DNA of 34,434 bases from Candidatus Micrarchaeia archaeon (GTDB taxonomy: Archaea > Micrarchaeota > Micrarchaeia > Micrarchaeales > CABMGC01), in contig JBMFIM010000009.1 in NCBI GenBank assembly GCA_049976305.1, positions 1 to 34,434 of the forward strand, written 5' to 3'. Numbering within the stretch: the stretch's first letter is position 1; the number at the start of each line of letters is the position of its first letter. The notes under the pieces were generated by a model that did not search any database, was not told the DNA's origin, and was given only the letters and a program-made list of their open reading frames with translations. Position numbers and translations under genes: made by a program. Below are positions 1-8,204 of the stretch, one piece after another.

Positions 1-1
1 G

Positions 2-379
2 CGGAGTTGGTGCTAGCGCGTTTTGCGAAATCCAAAGTGTTAGAGAATTTTGCGTAAGCTGGTTTGCAACAAGCGTAATGTAGTTTCCTGCGGCTATGCC
101 AGATATAGTTATGGTATTGCCACTTATGCTATTTGGACCTGTAAATAGAAAGTTTGCAGAATAGGGGGCAATACCTCCAGATAGTACTCCATTCTGGTTT
201 ATCGTAATTACGGTTAATTGCCCAATATCAATTGTGGTATTAGAAATAGAATTGCCTGCTGTGCTTGCTATTGCAGTACCTATTACATTTCCAACTAATG
301 GAAAACTTGTTGCATTTGCCATGCCGAGCATTGCCAGAATTGCGATTATGAAAACTTGCACAAATAGTGTTTTCCTCAT
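2..379 (-). CDS. Secreted or cell-surface protein, partial (runs off the left edge)
   Basis: Not in the ORF track. Open frame from ATG at 379: MRKTLFVQVFIIAILAMLGMANATSFPLVGNVIGT... Sec-like signal peptide followed by S/T/N/G-rich sequence; purine-rich GAGAGGGGGG upstream. Confidence 0.75.
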   Translation of the reverse strand, partial: MRKTLFVQVFIIAILAMLGMANATSFPLVGNVIGTAIASTAGNSISNTTIDIGQLTVITINQNGVLSGGIAPYSANFLFTGPNSISGNTITISGIAAGNYITLVANQLTQNSLTLWISQNALAPTP

Positions 380-428
380 TGACCATCCCCCCTCTCTGTT
401 GTCCTTATTTACAATTAAGCTTTTAAAT

Positions 429-1424
429 TTATTGTGCTCCGCCTCCACTTCCAATTTCAATCTCGCTTTCCATCGTGCAGTCCTCGGGCTTCTTGTCGTT
501 TCTCAGCCTGATGAAGGCCGGCGCCCTTAGCATGCGCTCTTTTGTCATCTCCATAAACCTGACCTCTGCAACAAGCCTTGGCGAAGTGTATGTTATTGTT
601 TTTCCAGGCTCTGCCTCGCCTACCTCTACTATCGGCTTCTTGAGCTTGTCCTTTGACAGTTCGTTGAATAGCGCTTCACGCTCCTCTTCGCTGAATCCTG
701 TGCCTACTCTGCCTATGTAAACAAGCTGCCCGCCGGAGTAGAGCCCAAGCAGCAAGGCGCTGAGCTTCTCCTGCTCGCTGGAGGTGAAGCCTATTATAAC
801 AGCATCTATTGTGTTTAACGCCTTTATCTTAAGCCAGTCCTTGCTTCTCTTTTGCACATAGGGCGAGTCTATCCTCTTTGCCATTATGCCTTCCAAGCCC
901 TGTCCCTTGACTTTGTTGAAAAGCTCTATTCCCTTTTCGAATATAAATGAGGACTTTATGGCATAGTTGCTCTCTGTTAGCGTCTTGTCCAGTATCTCCT
1001 TTCTTTCTAGGAGTTTTTTGTCTAGAAGGTCTTCGCCATCTTTGTGAAGTATGTCAAACACCACATAAGTGGCAGGATGAAGCTTTGACAGTATTTCTAT
1101 TTTTGTCTGCTCTCCGCTCTGCTCCCTCTCCTGTAGCAGGTTGAAATCTGGCCTGCCATTGTGGAATACTACAAGCTCGCCATCGAGAATTGCCCTCTTT
1201 GCATCTACTTGCTTGTAAAAGTCTGCGAACTCCGGATAGCGGGCTTGGAAGAAGATCATTCGCCTGTTTAAGAACATTACGCGCCTTGCCTGCGTGTCGA
1301 TATAGGCTATGCACCTAGTGCCATCATACTTTATCTCCATCAAGAAGTCCTTGGAATCGAAAGGCTTTGAAGGAAATGCTAGCATGGGCTTTACCAGCAC
1401 AGGCTCCTTGTCCCAAAGGCTCAT
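429..1424 (-). CDS. ligD: ATP-dependent DNA ligase, LigD-type ligase domain only
   Basis: Motifs I EIKYDGTR, III ILDGELV, IIIa YVVFDIL, IV EGIMAKR, V WLKIK, VI LRAPAFIRLRNDK; OB domain with GRVGTGF; 4 nt downstream of Ku. Confidence 0.93.
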   Translation of the reverse strand: MSLWDKEPVLVKPMLAFPSKPFDSKDFLMEIKYDGTRCIAYIDTQARRVMFLNRRMIFFQARYPEFADFYKQVDAKRAILDGELVVFHNGRPDFNLLQEREQSGEQTKIEILSKLHPATYVVFDILHKDGEDLLDKKLLERKEILDKTLTESNYAIKSSFIFEKGIELFNKVKGQGLEGIMAKRIDSPYVQKRSKDWLKIKALNTIDAVIIGFTSSEQEKLSALLLGLYSGGQLVYIGRVGTGFSEEEREALFNELSKDKLKKPIVEVGEAEPGKTITYTSPRLVAEVRFMEMTKERMLRAPAFIRLRNDKKPEDCTMESEIEIGSGGGAQ

Positions 1425-1428
1425 TGTA

Positions 1429-2190
1429 TCATTGCTTCAAGCTTTCTGTGAGGCTGTCTATAAGGCTCTTTGCAGCCTTTACCTCCTTCGCCGCTTTTAC
1501 CTCGTATTCCTTGCCCGCTGCCTTTGCCTTTATTAGCTCTCTCAGCGCCTCAACGTAGGTATCCTTAAACTGCTCTATTCCTATCGTCTCTTTGCTCATT
1601 TTTTGAATGAGCAATTGTGCGAGCTCTAGCTCCTTCTTTTCCGGTTTTTCCTGATTCTTTAGTTCACTTATTCCCTCTACTGGCACTACCTCATCAGCAT
1701 AGTGCAAAGTATGCATCAACAAAGAATTCTGGTAGGGTCTTAATGCGACAATGTGCTCGCGTTCGCTCATTGTGAGAGTGCCGACTGCTAGTTTGTTCAA
1801 CAGCCCCATTGCTGAAAGGAGAAGGAAATAAGCATGGCTGCCTCCTTTGTCAGGTGCTACGTAATAGCTCCTCTCCACATATATGGGGTCGAGCTGCGAC
1901 GTATCGACAAACTCCTTAATTTCTATGCGCTTTGTAGAGGGTATTTTGATCTTTTCCAAGTCTTCCTTTTCCAGCACTACAAACTTGTCTGCCGATAGCT
2001 GAAAGCCCTTCTTAATCTCCTGCCAAGAAACTTCCCTGTTTTCTACAGGGCACCATCTCTTGTATACAATCCTGTGCCCATTCTTGCACAAAGAATGCAA
2101 GGGCGGTTCGGCGTCGTGTGTGGCAAGGTATACCTTTACAGGTATATTTACAAGGCCGAAGCCTATAGCGCCGTTCCAGATACTCTTCAT
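1429..2190 (-). CDS. ku: Ku DNA end-binding protein (prokaryotic NHEJ)
   Basis: N-terminus IWNGAIGFGLVNIPVKVY, IEIKEFV...DPIY.ERSYYVAP, TLHYADEV, ELELAQLLI, FKDTY; typical prokaryotic Ku core without a long basic tail. Confidence 0.95.
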   Translation of the reverse strand: MKSIWNGAIGFGLVNIPVKVYLATHDAEPPLHSLCKNGHRIVYKRWCPVENREVSWQEIKKGFQLSADKFVVLEKEDLEKIKIPSTKRIEIKEFVDTSQLDPIYVERSYYVAPDKGGSHAYFLLLSAMGLLNKLAVGTLTMSEREHIVALRPYQNSLLMHTLHYADEVVPVEGISELKNQEKPEKKELELAQLLIQKMSKETIGIEQFKDTYVEALRELIKAKAAGKEYEVKAAKEVKAAKSLIDSLTESLKQ

Positions 2191-2332
2191 AATTTTACCA
2201 TTAAAAAGTAAAAGATAAAACGTTATCCATCTTTCTCTCAGCCATTATCTGCTTGCTGCTTTTACTTTTATGTATGCCTTTGTATTTTTCTGCAAAATTC
2301 TTTATTCATTTTCCTCTAATCCAAGCACAAAC

Positions 2333-2340
2333 TTTTTAAA
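2333..2340 (+). promoter_or_regulatory. TATA box for the permease operon (probably leaderless transcript)
   Basis: TTTTTAAA about 22 nt upstream of ATG 2362, preceded by an A-rich BRE-like stretch. Confidence 0.5.
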
Positions 2341-2361
2341 AATATATGTTTTAACACTTAT

Positions 2362-3939
2362 ATGAAAACGGGCGGGCGGAATTTTGGAAAAGAATCCAGC
2401 CCGAGGGTTTTTGTAAGGCAATCTACAGGGCTGGTTAAAAACGCAAGCTTTCTCGATGCCGTAAGCATTAACATAAGCAACATGTCTGCAGGCGCCGCGC
2501 TAGCAACTATAGGTTTCACTACTGTACTTTTAAGCTCGATGGCAGGCGTCAACCTTGTCATAGCCTCTATCCTTGCTTTCATTCTTATGCTGCCGCAGCT
2601 CATCATCTACACAATAATGAATAGGCGAGTTCCAAGGACAGGCGGGGACTACGTTTGGACTTCCAGAATCTTTGGCGGTGCACTTGGCGGTTCTCTAGCG
2701 CTCATGGGCTATGTTTTCGAGACGATGGCGTATTTCGCGCTAATCGCCCTTTCAACAGTCTTTGCAATAGGCTCTGTTGGTGTGGCTCTAGGAAAAAGCA
2801 GCTTTCTTGGCCTTGCACTTCCAGCTAATACCTCTGGCTCTCTACCTTTGCTTCAGTTTATAATAGCAGCAGTGCTGTTTGCAATACTTATCTATATTAA
2901 CATAGTAAGGCCAAAGGTCGGCTACAAGCTGGTTACTGTTTTTGTTTCTTTCGGAATAATTATGCTTCTTGTTTCAATTGCCGTACTTCTGCTTGCAGGT
3001 AGGCCGGGAGTAGAGTCATATATTAGCAGTTTGCAATCTACTGGGTTCAACGAAACGTACTCGCAGGTAGCAGCTTCGGGCGGCAATGGCGGCACAACGC
3101 TAAGTGCGGTCCTATTTCTGCTGCCTTTCTTCGCAATATTCGTATACCCTTGGATTGATGCTTCGCCTGCGATCTCTTCTGAGATAAGAGGCAAGAAGGG
3201 GATAAAGTGGGCCATACCTGTCGCATCGCTGATCGTCATGCTGCTCGTCACAGGCAGTTTTGCTGCAATGTACTACGCTGGCGGGACTAGGTTCATAAAC
3301 GGCGCACTAAGCAATCCTACGCTTGTATTCGATTACTCTTTCAACTTCTGGACGCTCGCAATGGGCGTCACAGGCTCTTATCTGCTTAAGGTGCTTATTG
3401 GCCTAGGCTGGATCGCATGGGATATCGCCATACTTGCATATGGGATTATTGTATTCTCTAGGTATGTCTTTGCAATGGCCTTTGACAGATTTCTACCTGA
3501 GAGGCTTGCACACATAAGCCCGAGATACGGCTCCCCTATAAATGCCCATCTGCTAGACCTGGCGATTACCGTGGTTTTGATAGCCTTGGCAACATTCATA
3601 TACGGCCCCTTCTCATCGCTTTACGGTGCCGTTGTTGCGGCAATGATCTATTTCGCTTTTGTAGGCATAGCCGCAGCGGTTTATGGAATAAAAAACGAAA
3701 GCCAGGCTCTTACTAAAGGCGCATTGGTTGTTTTTGGCATACTCACAACTCTGGTATTTGCATACATAACCTATCAATTCCTTGCGTATCCAAGCATATG
3801 GGGAGGCAACGCACTCGCCTATGGCTATGTCGTAGTTTCATTCCTGGTAGGCATAGTGCTTTATGCAGTGTCAAAGAAAAGGTATGCTAAAAGAGGAATA
3901 GACATAGGTCTTGCTTTCAAAGAGATACCGCCTGAATAG
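2362..3939 (+). CDS. APC superfamily amino-acid/amine permease
   Basis: About 12 hydrophobic segments; VFVRQSTGLVK start, PRTGGDYVWTSR, SRYVFAMAFDRFLP, terminal FKEIPPE typical of archaeal APC transporters. Confidence 0.9.
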   Translation: MKTGGRNFGKESSPRVFVRQSTGLVKNASFLDAVSINISNMSAGAALATIGFTTVLLSSMAGVNLVIASILAFILMLPQLIIYTIMNRRVPRTGGDYVWTSRIFGGALGGSLALMGYVFETMAYFALIALSTVFAIGSVGVALGKSSFLGLALPANTSGSLPLLQFIIAAVLFAILIYINIVRPKVGYKLVTVFVSFGIIMLLVSIAVLLLAGRPGVESYISSLQSTGFNETYSQVAASGGNGGTTLSAVLFLLPFFAIFVYPWIDASPAISSEIRGKKGIKWAIPVASLIVMLLVTGSFAAMYYAGGTRFINGALSNPTLVFDYSFNFWTLAMGVTGSYLLKVLIGLGWIAWDIAILAYGIIVFSRYVFAMAFDRFLPERLAHISPRYGSPINAHLLDLAITVVLIALATFIYGPFSSLYGAVVAAMIYFAFVGIAAAVYGIKNESQALTKGALVVFGILTTLVFAYITYQFLAYPSIWGGNALAYGYVVVSFLVGIVLYAVSKKRYAKRGIDIGLAFKEIPPE

Positions 3940-3948
3940 AGGGAAAGA

Positions 3949-4476
3949 ATGCAGCCCAATGAATTGGAGGCAAGGTTGAAAAGCAAGATAAGAAGCATTC
4001 CAGACTTTCCAAAGAAGGGAATAATACTAAGAGACATCACTCCAGTTTTTCAGGACTATGAGCTTTTCAATGCCTGCATAGATGCCTTTGCGGAAAGATT
4101 TAGAAGTGCTGATTACGTAGCAGGCATAGAAGCAAAAGGCTTTATTCTCGGTGCTGCCCTCGCGCGCAAACTAGACATCGGCTTTGTTCCTGTGTATAAG
4201 AAAAATGATATCCCGGTGGAGAAGATAAGCAAGCAGTATGAGCTTGAATACGGCACAGATGTGCTTGAGGTGTTTACCGAGTCTGTGGAGAAGAGTAGCA
4301 GAATTGTCATAGTTGACGAGCTGATTGCGACTGGCGGCACTGCCCATGCTGCCGCTGAACTCCTGGAAAAGCTTGGCGGGCATGTTGTCGGGGCCGCATT
4401 TGTGATAGAGCTTGAGGCTTTGCACGGAAGGGACAAGCTTAGGGGCATAGAAGTCTTTTCGCTTGTGAGGTATTAG
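3949..4476 (+). CDS. apt: Adenine phosphoribosyltransferase-like protein with atypical catalytic motifs
   Basis: IPDFPKKGI..RDITP, YELEYG, IVIVDELIATGGT; overall APRT layout. Confidence 0.85.
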   Translation: MQPNELEARLKSKIRSIPDFPKKGIILRDITPVFQDYELFNACIDAFAERFRSADYVAGIEAKGFILGAALARKLDIGFVPVYKKNDIPVEKISKQYELEYGTDVLEVFTESVEKSSRIVIVDELIATGGTAHAAAELLEKLGGHVVGAAFVIELEALHGRDKLRGIEVFSLVRY

Positions 4477-4477
4477 C

Positions 4478-5446
4478 ATGCTAGGATCAAAAGTTGCAAG
4501 GTTCTTTTTTGTGAGCGATCTGCACGGCTCATCAACAGTTTTCAACAAGGTCATAAACGCCGCCGAGTTTTATAGAATAGGCACAATAGTGGTTGGTGGG
4601 GACCTGACCGGCAAGGTCCTTGTGCCGATAGTAGAATCAGCTTCTGGCTATGCTTTGGAGTTTCAAGGGGAGCTTATAAGAATAAGAAAGAATGAAAGGC
4701 AAAAGCTTGAGGCTTTGGAGAAGGAGATAAGGGCAACAGGCGCATACTATTCAATAATGGATGAGAATGAGTATAATGAAGTGCTAAAAAATCCTAGGCT
4801 GATGGATGCCAAGTTTGTGGAGGCTATGAAGTCTAGCATCGATGATTTCTTCCAGAAGGCAGAAGAAAGACTTGGCGAGCTTGGCGCTAAAATGTACGTA
4901 ATACCTGGCAATGATGACTATAACGAGGTGGCAGAGTATGTTGCCAAGAAGGCAGGCGAGTGTGTTGTACCTTTTGACAATAAAGTAGTTGAAGTGCAGG
5001 GCTATTCTCTGCTGGGTTATGGCTACTCCAACCCCACTCCCTGGAGAACCCCCAGAGAAAAGGAAGAAAAGGAAATTTATTCAGATTTAAAGAAGCTGGT
5101 TGAGAAGGTTGATGGCGAAAAAGCCATATATGTTATACACGCCCCGCCCTACAAAACAGAAATAGACAAGGCACCTAAACTTGGAAGCGACATGAGGCAA
5201 TCTGCGTATGAGTTTCAGCATGTGGGTAGCGTGAGCGTTAGGAGGATAATTGAAGAAGTGCCGCCGTCGCTCGGTCTGCACGGCCATGTGCACGAATCAG
5301 GCGGCATAGATTTTGTAGAAGCTAAGAACAAGGCCAAAGTGCCAGTTATAAATCCAGGGAGTGAGTATAGCTCAGGGCTTCTAAGAGGGGTGATCGTTGA
5401 GCTTGAAGGAATGAGTCTTAGCAAGTATGTTTTCACAAAAGGATAA
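4478..5446 (+). CDS. Calcineurin-like metallophosphoesterase
   Basis: SDLHG, GGDLTGK, PGNDD, HAPP, HGHVHE, NPGS motifs. Confidence 0.9.
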   Translation: MLGSKVARFFFVSDLHGSSTVFNKVINAAEFYRIGTIVVGGDLTGKVLVPIVESASGYALEFQGELIRIRKNERQKLEALEKEIRATGAYYSIMDENEYNEVLKNPRLMDAKFVEAMKSSIDDFFQKAEERLGELGAKMYVIPGNDDYNEVAEYVAKKAGECVVPFDNKVVEVQGYSLLGYGYSNPTPWRTPREKEEKEIYSDLKKLVEKVDGEKAIYVIHAPPYKTEIDKAPKLGSDMRQSAYEFQHVGSVSVRRIIEEVPPSLGLHGHVHESGGIDFVEAKNKAKVPVINPGSEYSSGLLRGVIVELEGMSLSKYVFTKG

Positions 5447-5447
5447 C

Positions 5448-7022
5448 ATGGCGAATGAGGAGCTTCTTCAGAAGGCGTTGCAAATAATAAGCGAAGCGGA
5501 GAAAAGGGGAATAGAGGTAAGGCTTCTTGGCGGTCTTGCTTTTGCCTATTTATCTGGTGCATCAGACGAGTTGAAAGTGTTCAAAAGACACTACAATGAC
5601 ATTGATTTAGCAAGCACTAGGCGCCAAGCGTCACAATTGAATGCGTTGCTTACTGAACTCGGTCTAGTACCAAACAAAGTTTTCAACGCTTTGCACGGCT
5701 ATGATCGATTGCAGTTCTTCTATGGCCAAACAAAGGTAGATGTTTTCCTTGACGAGTTTAAGATGTCCCATTATCTTGACTTAAAAGCAAGGCTTGGCTT
5801 GTCACACGTTACAATTCCAGTTTCAGACCTGCTTCTTACAAAACTTCAGATACATGAGCTAACAGAGAAGGATATGCTTGACGTTGCTTCCCTGCTTGCA
5901 AAATTCAAATTCGGAAATGCCGATTCTTCCACAACCATAGACGCAGGCTATATAGCAAACCTTCTTTCCAAGGACTGGGGGTTCTACAAGACCGCCACTG
6001 ATAACATCCGCAAGATAGAGGCGCATGTACAAGGCTTAAACATAAGCCAGGAAATAAAGAGCAAAATAATCGGCGAGCTCGAATACCTGCTTGGAGCTAT
6101 AATGGAAAAGCCTAAAAGCGCCAGCTGGAAGATTAGGGCAAAAATAGGAGAGCGAGTAAGATGGTATGCGCTTCCTGAAGAAGTTGGTATAGCTGCGCCA
6201 CAGCCCGAAGAGCTTTCATACAGGTGGGTAAGCTTTAGCGAAATGGACAAGATGGCAAAGGCAATAGCTGATAAGGTCCTGAGTAAGTATGGAAGGCCAG
6301 GGGCGATAGTCTACATAGAGCGTGGCGGAATGGTCTTTGGGACCCTTTTAGCGAAATACCTGCATGTTAGCAATATTGCCGGCTTGCAGGCGATTAGCTA
6401 CAAAAGACTCGGCGAAAGAGGGAAGACAGTTTTGTTGCAGAGGCGTGTGGACATAGTACCAAAAGGGTATGTGCTTCTTGCTGATGACATCGCAGATACA
6501 GGCGAGACACTGAGGAAGGTTTCAAGCCTGCTTTCAAAAAAGTACAAGCTGATAACAGCTACTATTGCGTATAAGCCAAGATCGGTAGTTGCGCCAGACA
6601 TTTATGGAATGAAAGTAGACAACAACACTTGGATAATCTTCGATTACGAAGAAAAGGAGGTTATGGACAGCCTTAACGGCAAAGTAACACCGATGGCTTT
6701 TGGAGCGGAGGAAAAGGCATATGCCCAAACAAAGGAAAAGTGCAAGCAGGTTGCTTCTGCTCTTGAAGCAAAATCATTCAAGCCCGATGCAATAATCTAT
6801 TCTTTAGGCTCTGCAATAGAGGCAAGACTGCTGAGCGACTATCTGGATGTCAAGCGTGTGGAGGGAATAAGCAGCAACAAGGAGCTAAAGCCTCAGCTTG
6901 CCAAGCTTCCGAAAAGCAGCAGGCTACTTATAGTTGCAGGAGCTTACGAAGCGGAGAAAATAGAGAAGGGCATAAGAAGGATACGGCCCGGAATGAAGAT
7001 AGAGATAGCAAATTTTGACTAG
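5448..7022 (+). CDS. Fusion of a Pol-beta-superfamily nucleotidyltransferase, a purine (Gpt/HGXPRT-like) phosphoribosyltransferase and a degenerate second PRT-like segment
   Basis: N-terminal LLGGLA...NDIDL...KVDVF...LLLTKLQ...KDMLD; then IERGG, VLLADDIADTGETL, AYKP, WIIFDYE; C-terminal PDAIIYSLGSAIEARLLSDYL. ATG 5448 lies 1 nt after the upstream stop and is preferred over 5427. Confidence 0.8.
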   Translation: MANEELLQKALQIISEAEKRGIEVRLLGGLAFAYLSGASDELKVFKRHYNDIDLASTRRQASQLNALLTELGLVPNKVFNALHGYDRLQFFYGQTKVDVFLDEFKMSHYLDLKARLGLSHVTIPVSDLLLTKLQIHELTEKDMLDVASLLAKFKFGNADSSTTIDAGYIANLLSKDWGFYKTATDNIRKIEAHVQGLNISQEIKSKIIGELEYLLGAIMEKPKSASWKIRAKIGERVRWYALPEEVGIAAPQPEELSYRWVSFSEMDKMAKAIADKVLSKYGRPGAIVYIERGGMVFGTLLAKYLHVSNIAGLQAISYKRLGERGKTVLLQRRVDIVPKGYVLLADDIADTGETLRKVSSLLSKKYKLITATIAYKPRSVVAPDIYGMKVDNNTWIIFDYEEKEVMDSLNGKVTPMAFGAEEKAYAQTKEKCKQVASALEAKSFKPDAIIYSLGSAIEARLLSDYLDVKRVEGISSNKELKPQLAKLPKSSRLLIVAGAYEAEKIEKGIRRIRPGMKIEIANFD

Positions 7023-7486
7023 CTTCTTTTAGAGGCTCCCGTCGCCATTTTCGCCAAGTAAAAATTGAGGAGGCAATAGGTTAAGACCTGGTCTGGGCGA
7101 GAGTTCGGTTTTTCTGGCAATGAGTCTATAGCCCTTACGAGGTCCTCGTCTATGTGGAGAATGTCCTTAAGCTTTATCATTTCCTTAAGCTCTTTGCTAT
7201 AGATCTCAAGCACCGCGCCTAGGTCTTGTTTATTTATAATAAATCTGAATATTTTTGCAACTTCTTCAACATCTAATTTTTCAAGTGCGCTTTTTAGCGC
7301 ATTTATTTCGAAGCTTTCAGCATTTACGCCAAGCTCCTTGTACTTAACAGCAAGATTTGGATGCATTTCTGCCTGTTGCTGAAAGGAGTAATTGAGAAGC
7401 CCCTGAATAAGGAACGTTTTTGCCATTTCCTTGTCTATGCCCAAGCTTTCCAAGCTCTCACTAAAGCTCCTCTTTTTTATCAGCAA
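7019..7486 (-). CDS. Hypothetical helical protein (start uncertain, TTG 7486 or 7453)
   Basis: 155-codon ORF filling the gap between two + strand genes, with plausible K/E/L-rich composition. Confidence 0.6.
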   Translation of the reverse strand: MLIKKRSFSESLESLGIDKEMAKTFLIQGLLNYSFQQQAEMHPNLAVKYKELGVNAESFEINALKSALEKLDVEEVAKIFRFIINKQDLGAVLEIYSKELKEMIKLKDILHIDEDLVRAIDSLPEKPNSRPDQVLTYCLLNFYLAKMATGASKRS

Positions 7487-7636
7487 GCAATCGTGTATAA
7501 ATTTGGTATGAAAAATTAAATAAATCTGCTTTTACTTTGCAGCATTTGTTTCTGCAAGCTTGCTTTTTCATAATTCCCTTCCTGAATAAAATCAAAAGCA
7601 ATATATTTTGTCTAAGTAAACAAACTAAGGAGAAAT

Positions 7637-8152
7637 ATGGCTGTCCTGACAAAGAGTGAAATAATAAAGCTGATTAGACAAGGCAAGCTCAGAATAGCTC
7701 CATTCAACTACAGCCAAATTGGCGCTGGGTCGATAGATTTGCATTTAGGGAAGGAGTTGCTGATTTTTCGAAAGACAAAGAAAGTCATAGATTTGGAGGA
7801 GGGTACGGATTACAAAGAACTCGGAAAGAAAATAGAAATGGGTAAAGAAGGCATAGTGATAAAGCCGGGTCAGTTCGTAAACGGAATAACGGAGGAGAAA
7901 GTAACGCTGCCTAAGGGATACGCCGCAAGAATAGAAGGCCGTTCAAGATTTGCAAGAATAGGTCTGTTAGTCCATGTGAGCAGCGGGTTTATACAGCCCG
8001 GCACAGAAGGCAAGATAGTGCTTGAAATTGTGAATTTTTCGCCAAACAAGATAAGGCTCAGGCCTGGCGTAAAGATCTGTCAGATAATAATAGAGGAGGC
8101 AAAAGGAAAAGATGCATACTCCGGCCGCTTCTATGGCCAGACAAACATCTAG
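7637..8152 (+). CDS. dcd: dCTP deaminase
   Basis: GSIDLHLG, EGRSRFARIGL, GKIVLEI.N, ICQ, YSGRFYGQ; AAGGAG upstream. Confidence 0.9.
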   Translation: MAVLTKSEIIKLIRQGKLRIAPFNYSQIGAGSIDLHLGKELLIFRKTKKVIDLEEGTDYKELGKKIEMGKEGIVIKPGQFVNGITEEKVTLPKGYAARIEGRSRFARIGLLVHVSSGFIQPGTEGKIVLEIVNFSPNKIRLRPGVKICQIIIEEAKGKDAYSGRFYGQTNI

Positions 8153-8204
8153 GTTTGGCGAAGTATATCAAAAGCCATAAAATCCTACACGGGGGAAGGC
8201 TATT

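Noticed and set aside
234..530. 98-aa + strand ORF
   Set aside because: Antisense shadow of the ligase 3' end and of the real minus-strand secreted protein starting at 379.
5448..6185. NTase as an AbiEii/MenT toxin of a toxin-antitoxin or defence system
   Set aside because: No adjacent HTH or kinase antitoxin, and the context is transport and purine salvage; not excluded but unsupported.
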